Below are positions 8,274-18,062 of a DNA stretch of 64,000 nt, one piece after another. The position numbers and the translations under genes are program-made. Origin of the DNA: Solirubrobacteraceae bacterium (GTDB lineage: Bacteria; Actinomycetota; Thermoleophilia; Solirubrobacterales; Solirubrobacteraceae); contig JBEKGK010000002.1 in NCBI GenBank assembly GCA_050012835.1, forward strand, positions 1,428 to 65,427. Reading direction: 5' to 3'. The notes below the pieces were generated by a model that saw only the letters and a list, made by a program, of their open reading frames with translations, was not told the origin of the DNA and did not search any database. Positions within the stretch are counted from its first letter, which is position 1. The number at the start of each line of letters is the position of its first letter.

Positions 8274-9880
8274 TCCAACAGCTCCTTGACTGCGCGCTGG
8301 TGCAGACGACCGAGCGGGGTCTTTTCCGGGTAGAAGCCGATCGCTTTCCACAGCAGGCTCGACGCGGGCGCCCACGCGACGATCAGGTACACGCCGAGCA
8401 CGAGCGCAGCCGTCCGCAGTCTGCGCGAGCTCGACAGCGCCGCCAGCGGCAGCACCCACAGCACGTACCAGGGCAGGACCCAGCTGAGCGTCACCAGCAG
8501 CGCCACGCTCGCCCAGCCGGAGGCCGTGATCGATCGCGCGACGCCGCCGGCCGCACCACCGTCAACAGCATCGGTCGCGTCAGACGCGCGCCATCCCCGC
8601 CACGCCATCCAGCAGCAGCCGAGCACCATCACGACCAGCACGCCGCTGAACGCCTCGCGCAGGCCCGAGCTCTCACCGCCGGCGCCGGCCGCCAGACCGA
8701 TCAGGTTGGGCACGCTCTCGCTCGTGACGACGCTGCCCTGCGTGCTCAGATCGGGGATGTGGGGGCCAAACGCGAGCACGCTTGCCCCGCCCACCACCAC
8801 GCCCGCCACGATCATGCCCAGCACGAACTGCACGAGCGCGCGCGGCGCGCGCAGCAGACCAGCGAGCACGACCGGGATCAGAACCGCCGCCGACGCCTTC
8901 ATCGCCACAGCCGTCACGAGCGCCGCGCCCGCCCCGATCTCGAGCGCCGCGAACGGCAGCAGCCATTCACGCAGGCGGCTGAGCGAGATCCGGCCGGCCG
9001 CACCCGCGTGCCCTCGCGCACGCGCCAGCAGCAGCAGATAGAAGGCGAGAACTATGAAGAACATCATCAGGAAGTCGTTGTGGTCGCCGCCGAGGCCCCA
9101 CACCAACACGATCGGGTTGAGCCCCACGAACGCGACGGCCGCCAGCGGGTCGCGGCCCAGCAGCCGCGCGCACTTCCACACCAGCAGGATCATCCCCAGG
9201 CTCGTCACCATGAGGATGCCCTTCAGCGCCCAGAAGGATCCCGCCACGCCGAGCGGAACCACGGCGAACGTGATCAACGTGAAGAGCGGGCCGTACGGGC
9301 TCAGCAGCTGGCGCCAGTTGCTGAGCAGAAAGCTCGGATCGTTGTGAGGCTCGAGCATCGGGATCGTCGTGTACGGGTTGAGGTTGTGCACGACCTCCAT
9401 GCGTCCATAGTTGACGTAGTTGAACAGGTCCGTCAGAGCGAGCGGTGGGGAGAGCAGGAAGATCGCGTGGGCAGTCACGATCGCCGCTATCACCCAGCGC
9501 GCCGGCAGCCACCGCAGGCGCCGCAGCACGACCGCGTAGCCGCCGTACATGGTCACGAGCGCGCCCGAGAACAGAAGTTTGAGCGTCGTGCCGTCGTTCG
9601 TGAACCCCTGCAGCAAGCCGCCGAGCGGACCGGCCATCCAGCGCGGGAAGTAGCCGGTGTGGGTGGTCGGCGTGAGGCCGCTCGGACGGTTGGACGCGAT
9701 CAGCACGATGAACAGGCTGAGCGCCACGATCGCGGCCAGCGCCAGCGCGCCCACCAGCGCGCCCGCCTGCGCGTCTGTGAGCTCGCCCGCGCGCCCGCGC
9801 GAGAGCCAGCCGCCGGGTCCGCTCCGCCGCGCGGCGCCCGGCGTGCCGCGAAGGGGGACGGTTGTCGCGTCGCTCGCCAT
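8270..9880 (-). CDS. GT-C membrane glycosyltransferase, MptA/MptB-like (polyprenol-phosphosugar dependent)
   Basis: TDLFNY..YGR, NPY, SPYGPLF, LNP, GGDHND and LPWY motifs characteristic of actinobacterial MptA/B-type mannosyltransferases. Confidence 0.82.
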   Translation of the reverse strand: MASDATTVPLRGTPGAARRSGPGGWLSRGRAGELTDAQAGALVGALALAAIVALSLFIVLIASNRPSGLTPTTHTGYFPRWMAGPLGGLLQGFTNDGTTLKLLFSGALVTMYGGYAVVLRRLRWLPARWVIAAIVTAHAIFLLSPPLALTDLFNYVNYGRMEVVHNLNPYTTIPMLEPHNDPSFLLSNWRQLLSPYGPLFTLITFAVVPLGVAGSFWALKGILMVTSLGMILLVWKCARLLGRDPLAAVAFVGLNPIVLVWGLGGDHNDFLMMFFIVLAFYLLLLARARGHAGAAGRISLSRLREWLLPFAALEIGAGAALVTAVAMKASAAVLIPVVLAGLLRAPRALVQFVLGMIVAGVVVGGASVLAFGPHIPDLSTQGSVVTSESVPNLIGLAAGAGGESSGLREAFSGVLVVMVLGCCWMAWRGWRASDATDAVDGGAAGGVARSITASGWASVALLVTLSWVLPWYVLWVLPLAALSSSRRLRTAALVLGVYLIVAWAPASSLLWKAIGFYPEKTPLGRLHQRAVKELLD

Positions 9881-9966
9881 GCTCAGCGTGGGCACGATAT
9901 CCGCTCTGCGGGCACCGAGGGCGCGCTCAGGCGGGGGACGCGATTCTGCGGCGGGTCCTTAAGCGC

Positions 9967-9992
9967 CGAGGGCCCGCCGAAGCGGGCCCTCG
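9967..9992 (-). terminator. Hairpin terminator downstream of the cold-shock gene
   Basis: 11-bp stem cgagggcccgc/gcgggccctcg with a C(UUCG)G tetraloop on the minus strand, about 20 nt after the stop; no U-tract. Confidence 0.7.
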
Positions 9993-10012
9993 AGCAGTGG
10001 CTTGCGCCAGAG

Positions 10013-10216
10013 CTAGATCGTCTGGACGTTTACGGCCTTGGGACCCTTCTCGCCCTGCTCCGGGTCGTAGGAGACCTTGGCCCCCTCCTGCAACGACCGG
10101 TAGCCCTCGCCGTTGATGCCGGTGTGATGGACGAACAGGTCCTTGTCACCGTCATCCGGGGTGATGAAGCCGAACCCCTTGTCGTCGCTGAACCACTTTA
10201 CTGTGCCAGTAGGCAT
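10013..10216 (-). CDS. cspA: Cold-shock protein
   Basis: [18 protein letters not shown] (RNP1), LFVHH (RNP2), 67 aa; SD GGAGG. Confidence 0.97.
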   Translation of the reverse strand: MPTGTVKWFSDDKGFGFITPDDGDKDLFVHHTGINGEGYRSLQEGAKVSYDPEQGEKGPKAVNVQTI

Positions 10217-10430
10217 GGTGTGAATTTCCTCCACGGTATGTGCGTGCTGCACGCGGAGGATGCTTCTCGAAGCTTCGACCTGCGAGCGCTTGCACTACTT
10301 TCGCCGGTCTTTTCCGCCGGCCATACAATGACGACGGTAGCACGTCGCGATGACCACGTGTTGTCGACTTGTTGCACGAAAGGATGGCGCGCCGCCGATT
10401 CGCCACCGCGGGCGCGGCTAGGCTGAGGTG

Positions 10431-11297
10431 ATGGAGGCGCACGCAGGGCACGATCCGGGTGCGGCGGCCGAGGAGCCCGTGCGGCTGAGTCGCCTGCTGC
10501 CGGCTGGCGATCCGGGCACCGTCGCCGAGATCGTCGAGGGGCTGGGGCTGTGGGACAGGCCCGATCCGGCGCCAGAGCGCCAGCGGGTGATGCTCAACAT
10601 GATCAGCACCCTCGACGGGCGCGCGAGCGTCGGCGGACGCTCGGGGCCAATCAGCGGCCGCGCCGACAGAGCGCTGTTCCATGGCCTGCGCAGCGCCGTC
10701 GACGCCGTGCTCGTGGGTGCGGGCACGGTTCGCACCGAGCGCTACGGGCGCATCATCCCGGACGCCTCGCGCAGGGCGCTGCGTCGGCAGCGGGGCCTCC
10801 GCGAGGAGCCGCTTGCATGCATCGTCTCCGGGCGCCTGGCGCTGGACGGGGACATCCCGCTGCTGAGCGAGCCCTCCGCGCGGGTGGCGATCCTCACCGC
10901 CAGCGCGGCAAGCCTGCCCGCCACGGCCGCCGGCGTCGACTACGTGCGCACCGTGCGCGAAGGGCATCTGGACCTCGCGGCGGCCATGAGCGAGCTGCGC
11001 GCGCGCTTCGACGTCCACAGCGTGCTGTGCGAGGGCGGCCCGCATCTGGCGATGCAGTTGCTCCAGGCGGGTCTGCTCGACGAGCTGTTCCTGTCGCTCT
11101 CGCCGCTGCTCGCCGGCGGCGAGCCCGCTGGCGGCGAGGCGCCGCGGATCCTAGCCGGCGGCGAGCTCGAGCCACCCGCCGGGCTGGAGCTGCTGGGAGC
11201 GCTGCGCAGCGACTCCCATCTGTTCCTGCGCTACGGCGTGCCTGCGCGCGAGCGCGTCTCGCGCGAGACGATGCCCAGCAGTTCGCTCGCCAGGTGA
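10431..11297 (+). CDS. RibD C-terminal/dihydrofolate reductase family protein
   Basis: NMISTLDG, DAVLVGAGTVRTERY, LCEGGP, LLDELFLSLSP. Confidence 0.9.
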   Translation: MEAHAGHDPGAAAEEPVRLSRLLPAGDPGTVAEIVEGLGLWDRPDPAPERQRVMLNMISTLDGRASVGGRSGPISGRADRALFHGLRSAVDAVLVGAGTVRTERYGRIIPDASRRALRRQRGLREEPLACIVSGRLALDGDIPLLSEPSARVAILTASAASLPATAAGVDYVRTVREGHLDLAAAMSELRARFDVHSVLCEGGPHLAMQLLQAGLLDELFLSLSPLLAGGEPAGGEAPRILAGGELEPPAGLELLGALRSDSHLFLRYGVPARERVSRETMPSSSLAR

Positions 11298-12259
11298 CGG
11301 CCCTGTGCAGCCACCCTCGGGATCGCCGCGATCCGTACCACCACCTCATCGCCGTCGAGCTCCTCGAGCGTGATGCGCGGAGCGTCGCGCAGCGGCGTCT
11401 GCAGTGACTTCTCGAGGATCTCCTGCAGGTCGCCGGGCGTCATGCCCGCGCGCAGGCGCGCACGCAGGTTCACCGCCTCGGGCTCGCGCAGCGGCAGCAC
11501 CGCCACGTTGAGCACCACGCTGTTGGGCACCAGGATCGAGTCATCGCCAGTCGCGAACGTCGTGTACAGCAGACCCAGCGAGCTGACCGTGCCCTCGAGC
11601 TGGCCGGCCAGCGGGCCGCCCTGCAGGCGCACGCGCTCCCCCACGCGGAACGGGCGCGCGCTCAGCAGCACCGTGCCCGCGATCAGGTTGCCGAGCGTCT
11701 GCTGCGCTGCCAGCCCGAAGATCACCGCCGTGAACGCACCGCCCAGAGCCAGTTCCTGCGACTGGATGCCGGCGATGCGCAGCGCCACGAGCGCCGCCAC
11801 CACCACCGTCGCCAGGCGGATCGCGAACCCGACCGTGCCGGCCGTCGCGGGCTCCATGCGCCGGAACAGCGCAGGACCCATGCCGCGACCGATGTCCCGC
11901 GCGATCGCCCAGCCGAGGATCACCAACACGATCACCGTCGCCACCCGCACCGGCGTGTCGAGGCCTTCCAGCGACGTGCTGTAGTCGCCTCGGTGAATTG
12001 CCTCCGCCATCGATTCGTGCCCGTGTTTGATGAGCGTCGTCGTGCCGAACAGGCTGAGGCGGTTGTCGTAGAGGATCACCACGCCCACGAACAGCGGCAC
12101 GAGCAGCAGCGCCTCCAGACGCGCGCGCTTGACCACGCGCGGGCTTATCTGGCGCAGCAGGCCGACCTCCTGCCAGGCCTGGCTGCGGGTCTCGAACATC
12201 TTCGGCGGAGTTCTCGGAGCGGGCACGGCCGTCAATGATGGTGCATCGCCGCCCGCCAA
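11231..12259 (-). CDS. Small-conductance mechanosensitive channel (MscS family)
   Basis: GLAAQQTLGNLIAG...RPFRVGERV, ILVPNS; true start may be 12235 or 12199. Confidence 0.9.
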   Translation of the reverse strand: MAGGDAPSLTAVPAPRTPPKMFETRSQAWQEVGLLRQISPRVVKRARLEALLLVPLFVGVVILYDNRLSLFGTTTLIKHGHESMAEAIHRGDYSTSLEGLDTPVRVATVIVLVILGWAIARDIGRGMGPALFRRMEPATAGTVGFAIRLATVVVAALVALRIAGIQSQELALGGAFTAVIFGLAAQQTLGNLIAGTVLLSARPFRVGERVRLQGGPLAGQLEGTVSSLGLLYTTFATGDDSILVPNSVVLNVAVLPLREPEAVNLRARLRAGMTPGDLQEILEKSLQTPLRDAPRITLEELDGDEVVVRIAAIPRVAAQGRHLASELLGIVSRETRSRAGTP

Positions 12260-12295
12260 CCCGGGATCACGCCTGCGCGCGAGGCGCCGCCCACA

Positions 12296-13213
12296 TCAGC
12301 TCTGGGTGTAGATCACCATCGCCAGCCCGAACAGCAGGCAGTAGACCGCGAACGGCGTGAGCGTCTTGGTCTTGAAGTAGCCGACCAGGAACCGGACCGT
12401 GAACACGGCCGTCACGGCTGCGACCGCGCACGCGACCAGCGCCTGGCCGCGAATCCCGTTGCCCAGGTGACCGAGCAGGTCGGGCAGCTTGACGATGCCG
12501 GCGGCCAGGATGATCGGCGTGGCCATCAGGAACGCGAAGCGAGCCGAGTCGCTGTGGTCGAGCCCGCGCGCGAGACCGGCCCCCATCGTCACGCCGTCGC
12601 GGCTGATGCCCGCGACCAGCGCGGTCGACTGCGCCACGCCGACGACCAGCGCCTCGCGGTATTCGAGCGTGTTCAGCTCGCGCGCGCCGTCGGGCTTGGC
12701 GCCCTCCCGCACCGCCAGTTCGCGCACCTCGGCGCGGCGGCGAAAGCGCTCGGCCGCGAACAGCACGCCGCCGTTGACCATCAGGAAGATCGCCGCGACT
12801 TCGGGCTTCGCGGTGAGCGTGCGCAGCTGGTGCTCGAACGCGAGCCCGAAGACGCCGGCGGGGATGCTCGCCGTGATGATCAGCCATGCCAGCCGCTCGG
12901 TCGGGTCCTCGGCGCGGCGCTTGGCGAGCGTGCGGAAGAAGGCAGCGATGATCTGGACCCAGTCGCGCCAGTAGTACGCCAGCAGGCCGAGCGCGCTGCC
13001 CACGTGCAGCATCACCACGAACGCCAGCCAGAAGGACTCCGACTGCGACTGCGCGTCGACCAGCTTGTTCCACCCGAACAGCGTCGGGAACAGCACCGTG
13101 TGCCCGAGGCTGGAGATCGGGAACAGCTCGGTCACGCCCTGCAGGAAGCCGAGCACGATCGCCTGGAAGTAGCTGATCGCTGACGCGATGGGAATCGCCA
13201 CGGCGGCTGACAT
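12296..13213 (-). CDS. uppP: Undecaprenyl-diphosphate phosphatase
   Basis: QGVTELFPISSLGH and AGISRDGVT motifs, ARFAFLMATP. Confidence 0.93.
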   Translation of the reverse strand: MSAAVAIPIASAISYFQAIVLGFLQGVTELFPISSLGHTVLFPTLFGWNKLVDAQSQSESFWLAFVVMLHVGSALGLLAYYWRDWVQIIAAFFRTLAKRRAEDPTERLAWLIITASIPAGVFGLAFEHQLRTLTAKPEVAAIFLMVNGGVLFAAERFRRRAEVRELAVREGAKPDGARELNTLEYREALVVGVAQSTALVAGISRDGVTMGAGLARGLDHSDSARFAFLMATPIILAAGIVKLPDLLGHLGNGIRGQALVACAVAAVTAVFTVRFLVGYFKTKTLTPFAVYCLLFGLAMVIYTQS

Positions 13214-13251
13214 CGGGGCGGGAGCTTATTGCAGCGCATAGCCTCCCGGCC

Positions 13252-14535
13252 GTGCCATCGGAGGATTCTCACCTCACACCGCATGCCGACTCCTCGCCGC
13301 GGCGCGCCGACCCGTCGCCGCGGCACGCCCAGCCCTCGTTGATGCAGATCGTGCGCGATTGGGGCAGGATCGGCTGCATCGGCTTCGGCGGGCCGCCCGC
13401 GCACGTCGCGCTGCTGCGCGAGCTGTGCGTGCAGCGCCGCCGCTGGCTCACGAGCGAGCAGTTCGAGCGGGCGATCGCAGCCACCAACCTGCTGCCCGGC
13501 CCCGCCTCGACGCAGCTCGCGATCTACTGCGCGTGGCGTCTGCGCGGCTATCGCGGCGCGCTGCTCGGAGGTCTCAGCTTCATCCTTCCCGGACTGGTCG
13601 CGATCATCGCGCTCGCCGCGCTGTTCCTGTCGGGGTCGCCGCCGAGCTGGCTGCGAGGGGCCGGCATGGGCGCGGGCGCGGCCGTCGCCGCGGTGGCCGT
13701 GCGCGCCGGGCTGGGCGTGGCCAACCCGATCTGGTCGCGCGCGAGAGGACGCCGCCGCGCGCGCGTGCTTGCATACGGCCTTGCCGGCGGGGTTGCCGCG
13801 GCGCTGGCCGGACCGTGGCTGGTGCTCGTGCTGCTCGCATGCGGCCTGGTGGAGCTTTCCGGCCACCGGCTCGTCCGCCGCGGCGGGGACACGCACGCCT
13901 GGCTCGCAGCGGCGGGGCTGCGCCTGGTGCGTGCCACCGCGCATCCGATCGGGCGCCGCCTGCCCTCATGGCCGCTGCTCGCCACAGTCGCCGAGCCCGG
14001 CGGCACGCTCGCGCTCGTGTGGACCGCGCTGAAGGTCGGCGCGCTGGCATTCGGCGGAGGCTTCGTGATCGTGCCGCTGATGCAGTCCGACGCGGTCGGC
14101 ACCTACCACTGGATGTCCCACGGGCAGTTCCTGAATGCGGTCGCGCTCGGCCAGGTCACCCCCGGGCCGCTCACGCAGACGGTGGCGGTGGTCGGCTATG
14201 CCGCCGCCGGGCTGCCGGGCGCGCTGCTCGCCGCGCTGGTCGCGTTCGCGCCGTCCTTCTCCTTCATCCTGCTGGGCGCCCAGCGCTTCGAGCGCATGCT
14301 CGTCAACGAGCGCGTGCTCGCGTTCCTGGCCGGCGCCGCGCCGAGCGCCGCCGGCGCGATCGTGGGCGCGGCCGTGCCGCTGACGAGCGCGCTCAGCGAG
14401 GGCTGGCAGTACGCGGTGCTCGCCGGCGGGGCGATCGCCCTGCTGGTGCTGCGCCGCGGCGTCGTGCCGACGCTGCTGCTCGCCGGCTGCGCGGGCGTCG
14501 CCGCGGTCCTGCTCGGAGCGCCCGTGCCGCGCTGA
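13252..14535 (+). CDS. chrA: Chromate efflux transporter, long-chain CHR family
   Basis: Two homologous halves with GFGG...LPGP and AFGGG...TPGP motifs. Confidence 0.92.
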   Translation: MPSEDSHLTPHADSSPRRADPSPRHAQPSLMQIVRDWGRIGCIGFGGPPAHVALLRELCVQRRRWLTSEQFERAIAATNLLPGPASTQLAIYCAWRLRGYRGALLGGLSFILPGLVAIIALAALFLSGSPPSWLRGAGMGAGAAVAAVAVRAGLGVANPIWSRARGRRRARVLAYGLAGGVAAALAGPWLVLVLLACGLVELSGHRLVRRGGDTHAWLAAAGLRLVRATAHPIGRRLPSWPLLATVAEPGGTLALVWTALKVGALAFGGGFVIVPLMQSDAVGTYHWMSHGQFLNAVALGQVTPGPLTQTVAVVGYAAAGLPGALLAALVAFAPSFSFILLGAQRFERMLVNERVLAFLAGAAPSAAGAIVGAAVPLTSALSEGWQYAVLAGGAIALLVLRRGVVPTLLLAGCAGVAAVLLGAPVPR

Positions 14536-14729
14536 GGAGCCCCGCGGGAGCACGCCGCGGGTCCCCGGGACCCGGAATCCTGGAAACAGCGCGCGCGAAC
14601 TTCACCATCGCTTCACACGATCATTGCCGCTTGGTCACAAAAAAGCGTGCTTTGCAGGGAAATCTGTTTGATATGAATGGTGACGGATCGACAGTGCACG
14701 AGAGCGCGACAGCGCACGCACGCGGTGTC

Positions 14730-17132
14730 ATGACGACAGCGGCACTGCAAGCGGCGAGCATGGTCGACATGCACTGTCACTCGACCGCCTCACAGGAGTC
14801 CAAGCTGGGCGTGCAACGCGCGGTCGGACTGCCCGAGTGCGCCACGCCGCCACAGGAGGTCTACGAGCTGGCCAAGCGGCGCGGCATGGACTTCGTGACG
14901 ATCACCGACCACGACACGATCGCGGGCGTGCTCGAGATCGCCGATCGCCCCGACGTGTTCATCTCCGAGGAGCTGACCGCGCACTTCCGCGACGAGCCCC
15001 AGGCGGTGCACGTCCTCTGCTACGGCATCACCTGCGAGGACCACGAGTGGCTGCAGGCCAACAGCGGCGACGTCGAGCTGTGCGCCGCCTACATGTACGA
15101 ACAGGAGATCGTGTGCGCGCTCGCTCACCCCTACTACACCGTCGCAGCCCCGTTGAGCGCCCGTCATCGCCGCCGCCTGGCCGAGCTGTTCGGCATCTGG
15201 GAGATCCGCAACGGCGCGCGCGCTCGCGAGCTCAACCGACCGGCGGCCACGTACGTCGCTACACGCGAGGGCATCGGCATCGGGGGCAGCGACGACCACG
15301 CCGGGGTTGACATCGGACGCACGTACAGCGAAACGCCGCCCGCGCGCACGCCGCAGGACTTCCTCGCGCACGTGCGCGCCGGTGACGTGGTCGCCCGCGG
15401 AGCGCAGGGCAGCGCCGCCAAGTGGGCGCACGCCGCGATCGCGCTGGCCGCACGCTCGTTCGGCAGGGACCGGCCGGCCGGAGAACGCGAGCGGCCGGAC
15501 CCCGGACGGGTGATGACGATGGCCAGCCGCCTGCTGCGCGAGGGCGACGCGCGTCGTGGCGCGGTCGGCAACGACCTGGACCCCGATGACGCCCGCTGCC
15601 TGCTGCGGGCATGGCTGAGCGCCGTCGAGCTCGACCAGCTCGATACCCTGACGGGCACAGGCGAGCATGAGCTGATCGCCTACATGCAGCAGGATGACTT
15701 CAGCCACGCGGACCTCTACCGTCGCGCCTGCCGGCTGCACGAGCGCAAGCTGCGCCGCGCGGTCGACGTGGCGGTCAGCGCCGCGATCGGCCAGGCCGAC
15801 GTGCTGGTGGCCGCCGAGGGGCTGTTCGAGGCGTGCATCGCCGCGATCCCCTACGCGCCCGCGACCGCGTTCCTCGCCAACGAGCAGGCGAAGCTCGCCG
15901 CGATCCCGAACACCGCGAGCGCCCGCCTGAGTCGGGCTGCGGACGAGCGGCGGCGAGACGACGGCGAGCGCCCGCGAGTGGCGATCCTCGCCGACGGCAT
16001 CGGCTCCACACACGGGGTCACGCGCACGATCGAGGAGATCCGCCAGCGCGGCGTGCCCAGCTTCGACATCGACGTGGTGGGCACCGACCCGGAAGTCGAC
16101 CGGCGCCTGTCGGCGGTGGCGGAGATCGACGTGCCCTTCTACCCGGGCCTGCGGATCGGCGTCCCCAGCCTGCCGGTCGCCGTGCAGACGCTCGCGGGCC
16201 TGAACGGCGCGGGCTACGACGCGATCCACGTCTGCTCGCCCGGACCGGCGGGCGTCGCCGGCGCGCTCGTCGCGCGCGCGCTGGGCCTGCCGCTGGTGGG
16301 CAGCTACCACACCGAGCTGACCGCCTATGCGGGATTGCGCTCGGGTGAGCGGCGCGTGGCCGACGCGATGGCGCTGGCCGTCGGCACCTTCTACCGCGCG
16401 TGCGACGTCGTCCTCTCCCCCAGCCCGGCCTCCGACGGCGCGCTGGCCGCGATCGGGATGCCGCCCGAGCGCGTGCTGCGCTGGGACCGCGGCGTGGACA
16501 CCTCGCGCTTTCACCCATCGCTGCGCGATGAGTCGCTGCTGCCCGACTCGATCAACGTCCTCTACTCCGGGCGCATCACGCGCGAGAAGGGCGCTGAGCT
16601 GCTCGCTGACGCCTTCCTGAGGGCGCGCGCGCGCGACCGATCGGAGATCGGCCGGCGCCTGCACCTGGTGCTCGCCGGCGGCGGCCCCGAGCAGGAGTAC
16701 CTGCGCGAGCGCCTCGGCGAGCACGCGACCTTCCTCGGCTGGCAGGAGGGCGCCGAGCTGGCCCGCACGTACGCGAGCGCCGACATCTTCCTGTTCCCCA
16801 GCGCCACCGACACCTTCGGTCAGGTGATCCTCGAGGCGCAGGCCAGCGGGCTGCCGGTGATCGCGCTCGCCAGGGGCGGCCCGCTGTCGCTGATCGAGGA
16901 ACGTGTCAGCGGGCTGCTGTGCGAGCCCGACGCCGAGCTGCTGGCCGACGCAGTGCTCGAGCTCGCGCGCTCGCCGCTGCAGCGAGAGCACCTCAGCCGC
17001 GGCGCGCTGCGCGCGGTGCGCCTGCGCACCTGGGAGCACACGCTGGCGCGCCTCGCGGACGGCTATCACCGCGCGCTCGCCGGCCACCACGACAAGCGCC
17101 TGTCCGCGGAAGCGAGCGACCGCGCCGCCTGA
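14730..17132 (+). CDS. PHP-domain / GT4 glycosyltransferase fusion
   Basis: N-terminal DMHCHS, ITDHD, AHP and GGSDDH (PHP); C-terminal GSYHT, WDRGVD and DTFGQVILEAQASGLPV (GT4); alternative starts 14673/14760. Confidence 0.88.
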   Translation: MTTAALQAASMVDMHCHSTASQESKLGVQRAVGLPECATPPQEVYELAKRRGMDFVTITDHDTIAGVLEIADRPDVFISEELTAHFRDEPQAVHVLCYGITCEDHEWLQANSGDVELCAAYMYEQEIVCALAHPYYTVAAPLSARHRRRLAELFGIWEIRNGARARELNRPAATYVATREGIGIGGSDDHAGVDIGRTYSETPPARTPQDFLAHVRAGDVVARGAQGSAAKWAHAAIALAARSFGRDRPAGERERPDPGRVMTMASRLLREGDARRGAVGNDLDPDDARCLLRAWLSAVELDQLDTLTGTGEHELIAYMQQDDFSHADLYRRACRLHERKLRRAVDVAVSAAIGQADVLVAAEGLFEACIAAIPYAPATAFLANEQAKLAAIPNTASARLSRAADERRRDDGERPRVAILADGIGSTHGVTRTIEEIRQRGVPSFDIDVVGTDPEVDRRLSAVAEIDVPFYPGLRIGVPSLPVAVQTLAGLNGAGYDAIHVCSPGPAGVAGALVARALGLPLVGSYHTELTAYAGLRSGERRVADAMALAVGTFYRACDVVLSPSPASDGALAAIGMPPERVLRWDRGVDTSRFHPSLRDESLLPDSINVLYSGRITREKGAELLADAFLRARARDRSEIGRRLHLVLAGGGPEQEYLRERLGEHATFLGWQEGAELARTYASADIFLFPSATDTFGQVILEAQASGLPVIALARGGPLSLIEERVSGLLCEPDAELLADAVLELARSPLQREHLSRGALRAVRLRTWEHTLARLADGYHRALAGHHDKRLSAEASDRAA

Positions 17133-17150
17133 GGCGCGCGGCGGACACCC

Positions 17151-18062
17151 ATGCTCGGCCTCCCTGACAGCCACGCGCGACAGACGATCGCCGTCGCGCT
17201 GCACGGGATCGAGCCGGCGACGTTCGAGCGCTGCGCCATGATCCGCGACTGGCTCGACGATCACGGCGTCGACCGCGTCACGCTGCTGGTGATCCCCGCG
17301 CGCGACCTGCACCCGGTGGGGGAGCGCTCGCCGGAGATGGTCGAGTGGCTGTGCGAGCGCCGCCGCGCCGGCGATTCGATCGCGCAGCACGGCTTTCAGC
17401 ACGTCCGCCCGCGCACCGTCGGCTCGGCGCGACGACTGCTCGCCCGGGCCCACGGCCAGCGCGAGGGCGAGTTCTCCGGGCTGGACGACGAGGAGACCCG
17501 CCGTGCCGTGCACGCCGGCTGGCGCGTGCTGAAGCTGGCTGGCATCGAGCCCGATGGCTTCGTCGCCCCCGCCTACGCCTACACGCCCGCGCTGCGCCAG
17601 ACGCTGAGCCTCAGGTTCAGCTGGTGGGCGGGGCTGCTGCGCGTGCACCGCGCGCAGCAGCAGCTCGACGCCGGCGAGAGCGAGCGATCGGCGGTGACCG
17701 AGCGCGGCGCCCTGACGAGCGCTTCAGAGCCGACGGTGGGCCAGCTCGCCCCCGCGTGGAGCCTCGCTGGCACCGGACCGATCAGCCGCGTCTTCTCCCC
17801 CTCGCTCGTGCGCGCCGGCTCGCTGCTGCCAACCAGCACCCTGCGCCTGGACCTGCAGCCCTCCGACCTGCAGATCCCACGCCACATGATGGCGCTGGAG
17901 TGGGTGCTCGCGCGCGCCGGCTCGCGCCGCACCGCCGTCACCTACCGCGAGCTCGCCGGCGTCGCGCCGCTTGCCGGCCGCGCCGGCCGCGAGCCGACTC
18001 AGCTCTTGCCGGCGGTGAACATCGCCGGTTCGAACGACTTGACGGCTGACAGCGCCGCGTAG
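17151..18062 (+). CDS. DUF2334-like polysaccharide deacetylase-fold protein
   Basis: ALHGIEP, TLLVIP, AQHGFQH, GEFSGL, GFVAPAY, LRLDLQPSD. Confidence 0.78.
   Translation: MLGLPDSHARQTIAVALHGIEPATFERCAMIRDWLDDHGVDRVTLLVIPARDLHPVGERSPEMVEWLCERRRAGDSIAQHGFQHVRPRTVGSARRLLARAHGQREGEFSGLDDEETRRAVHAGWRVLKLAGIEPDGFVAPAYAYTPALRQTLSLRFSWWAGLLRVHRAQQQLDAGESERSAVTERGALTSASEPTVGQLAPAWSLAGTGPISRVFSPSLVRAGSLLPTSTLRLDLQPSDLQIPRHMMALEWVLARAGSRRTAVTYRELAGVAPLAGRAGREPTQLLPAVNIAGSNDLTADSAA

Noticed and set aside
11231-11297. Long convergent 3' overlaps (ribD-C/mscS; also 17999-18062)
   Set aside because: Common in high-GC genomes where stop codons are scarce; no further evidence of function
13359-14729. Apparent 1257-aa ORF extending across chrA
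   Set aside because: The N-terminal ~450 aa is Arg/Ala-rich off-frame read-through of chrA in high-GC DNA; the real protein begins near the PHP motif
14790-17648. 952-aa antisense ORF (also 8300..10426, 23182..24456, 36577..37851 and similar)
   Set aside because: Shadow ORFs expected opposite high-GC genes; no motifs
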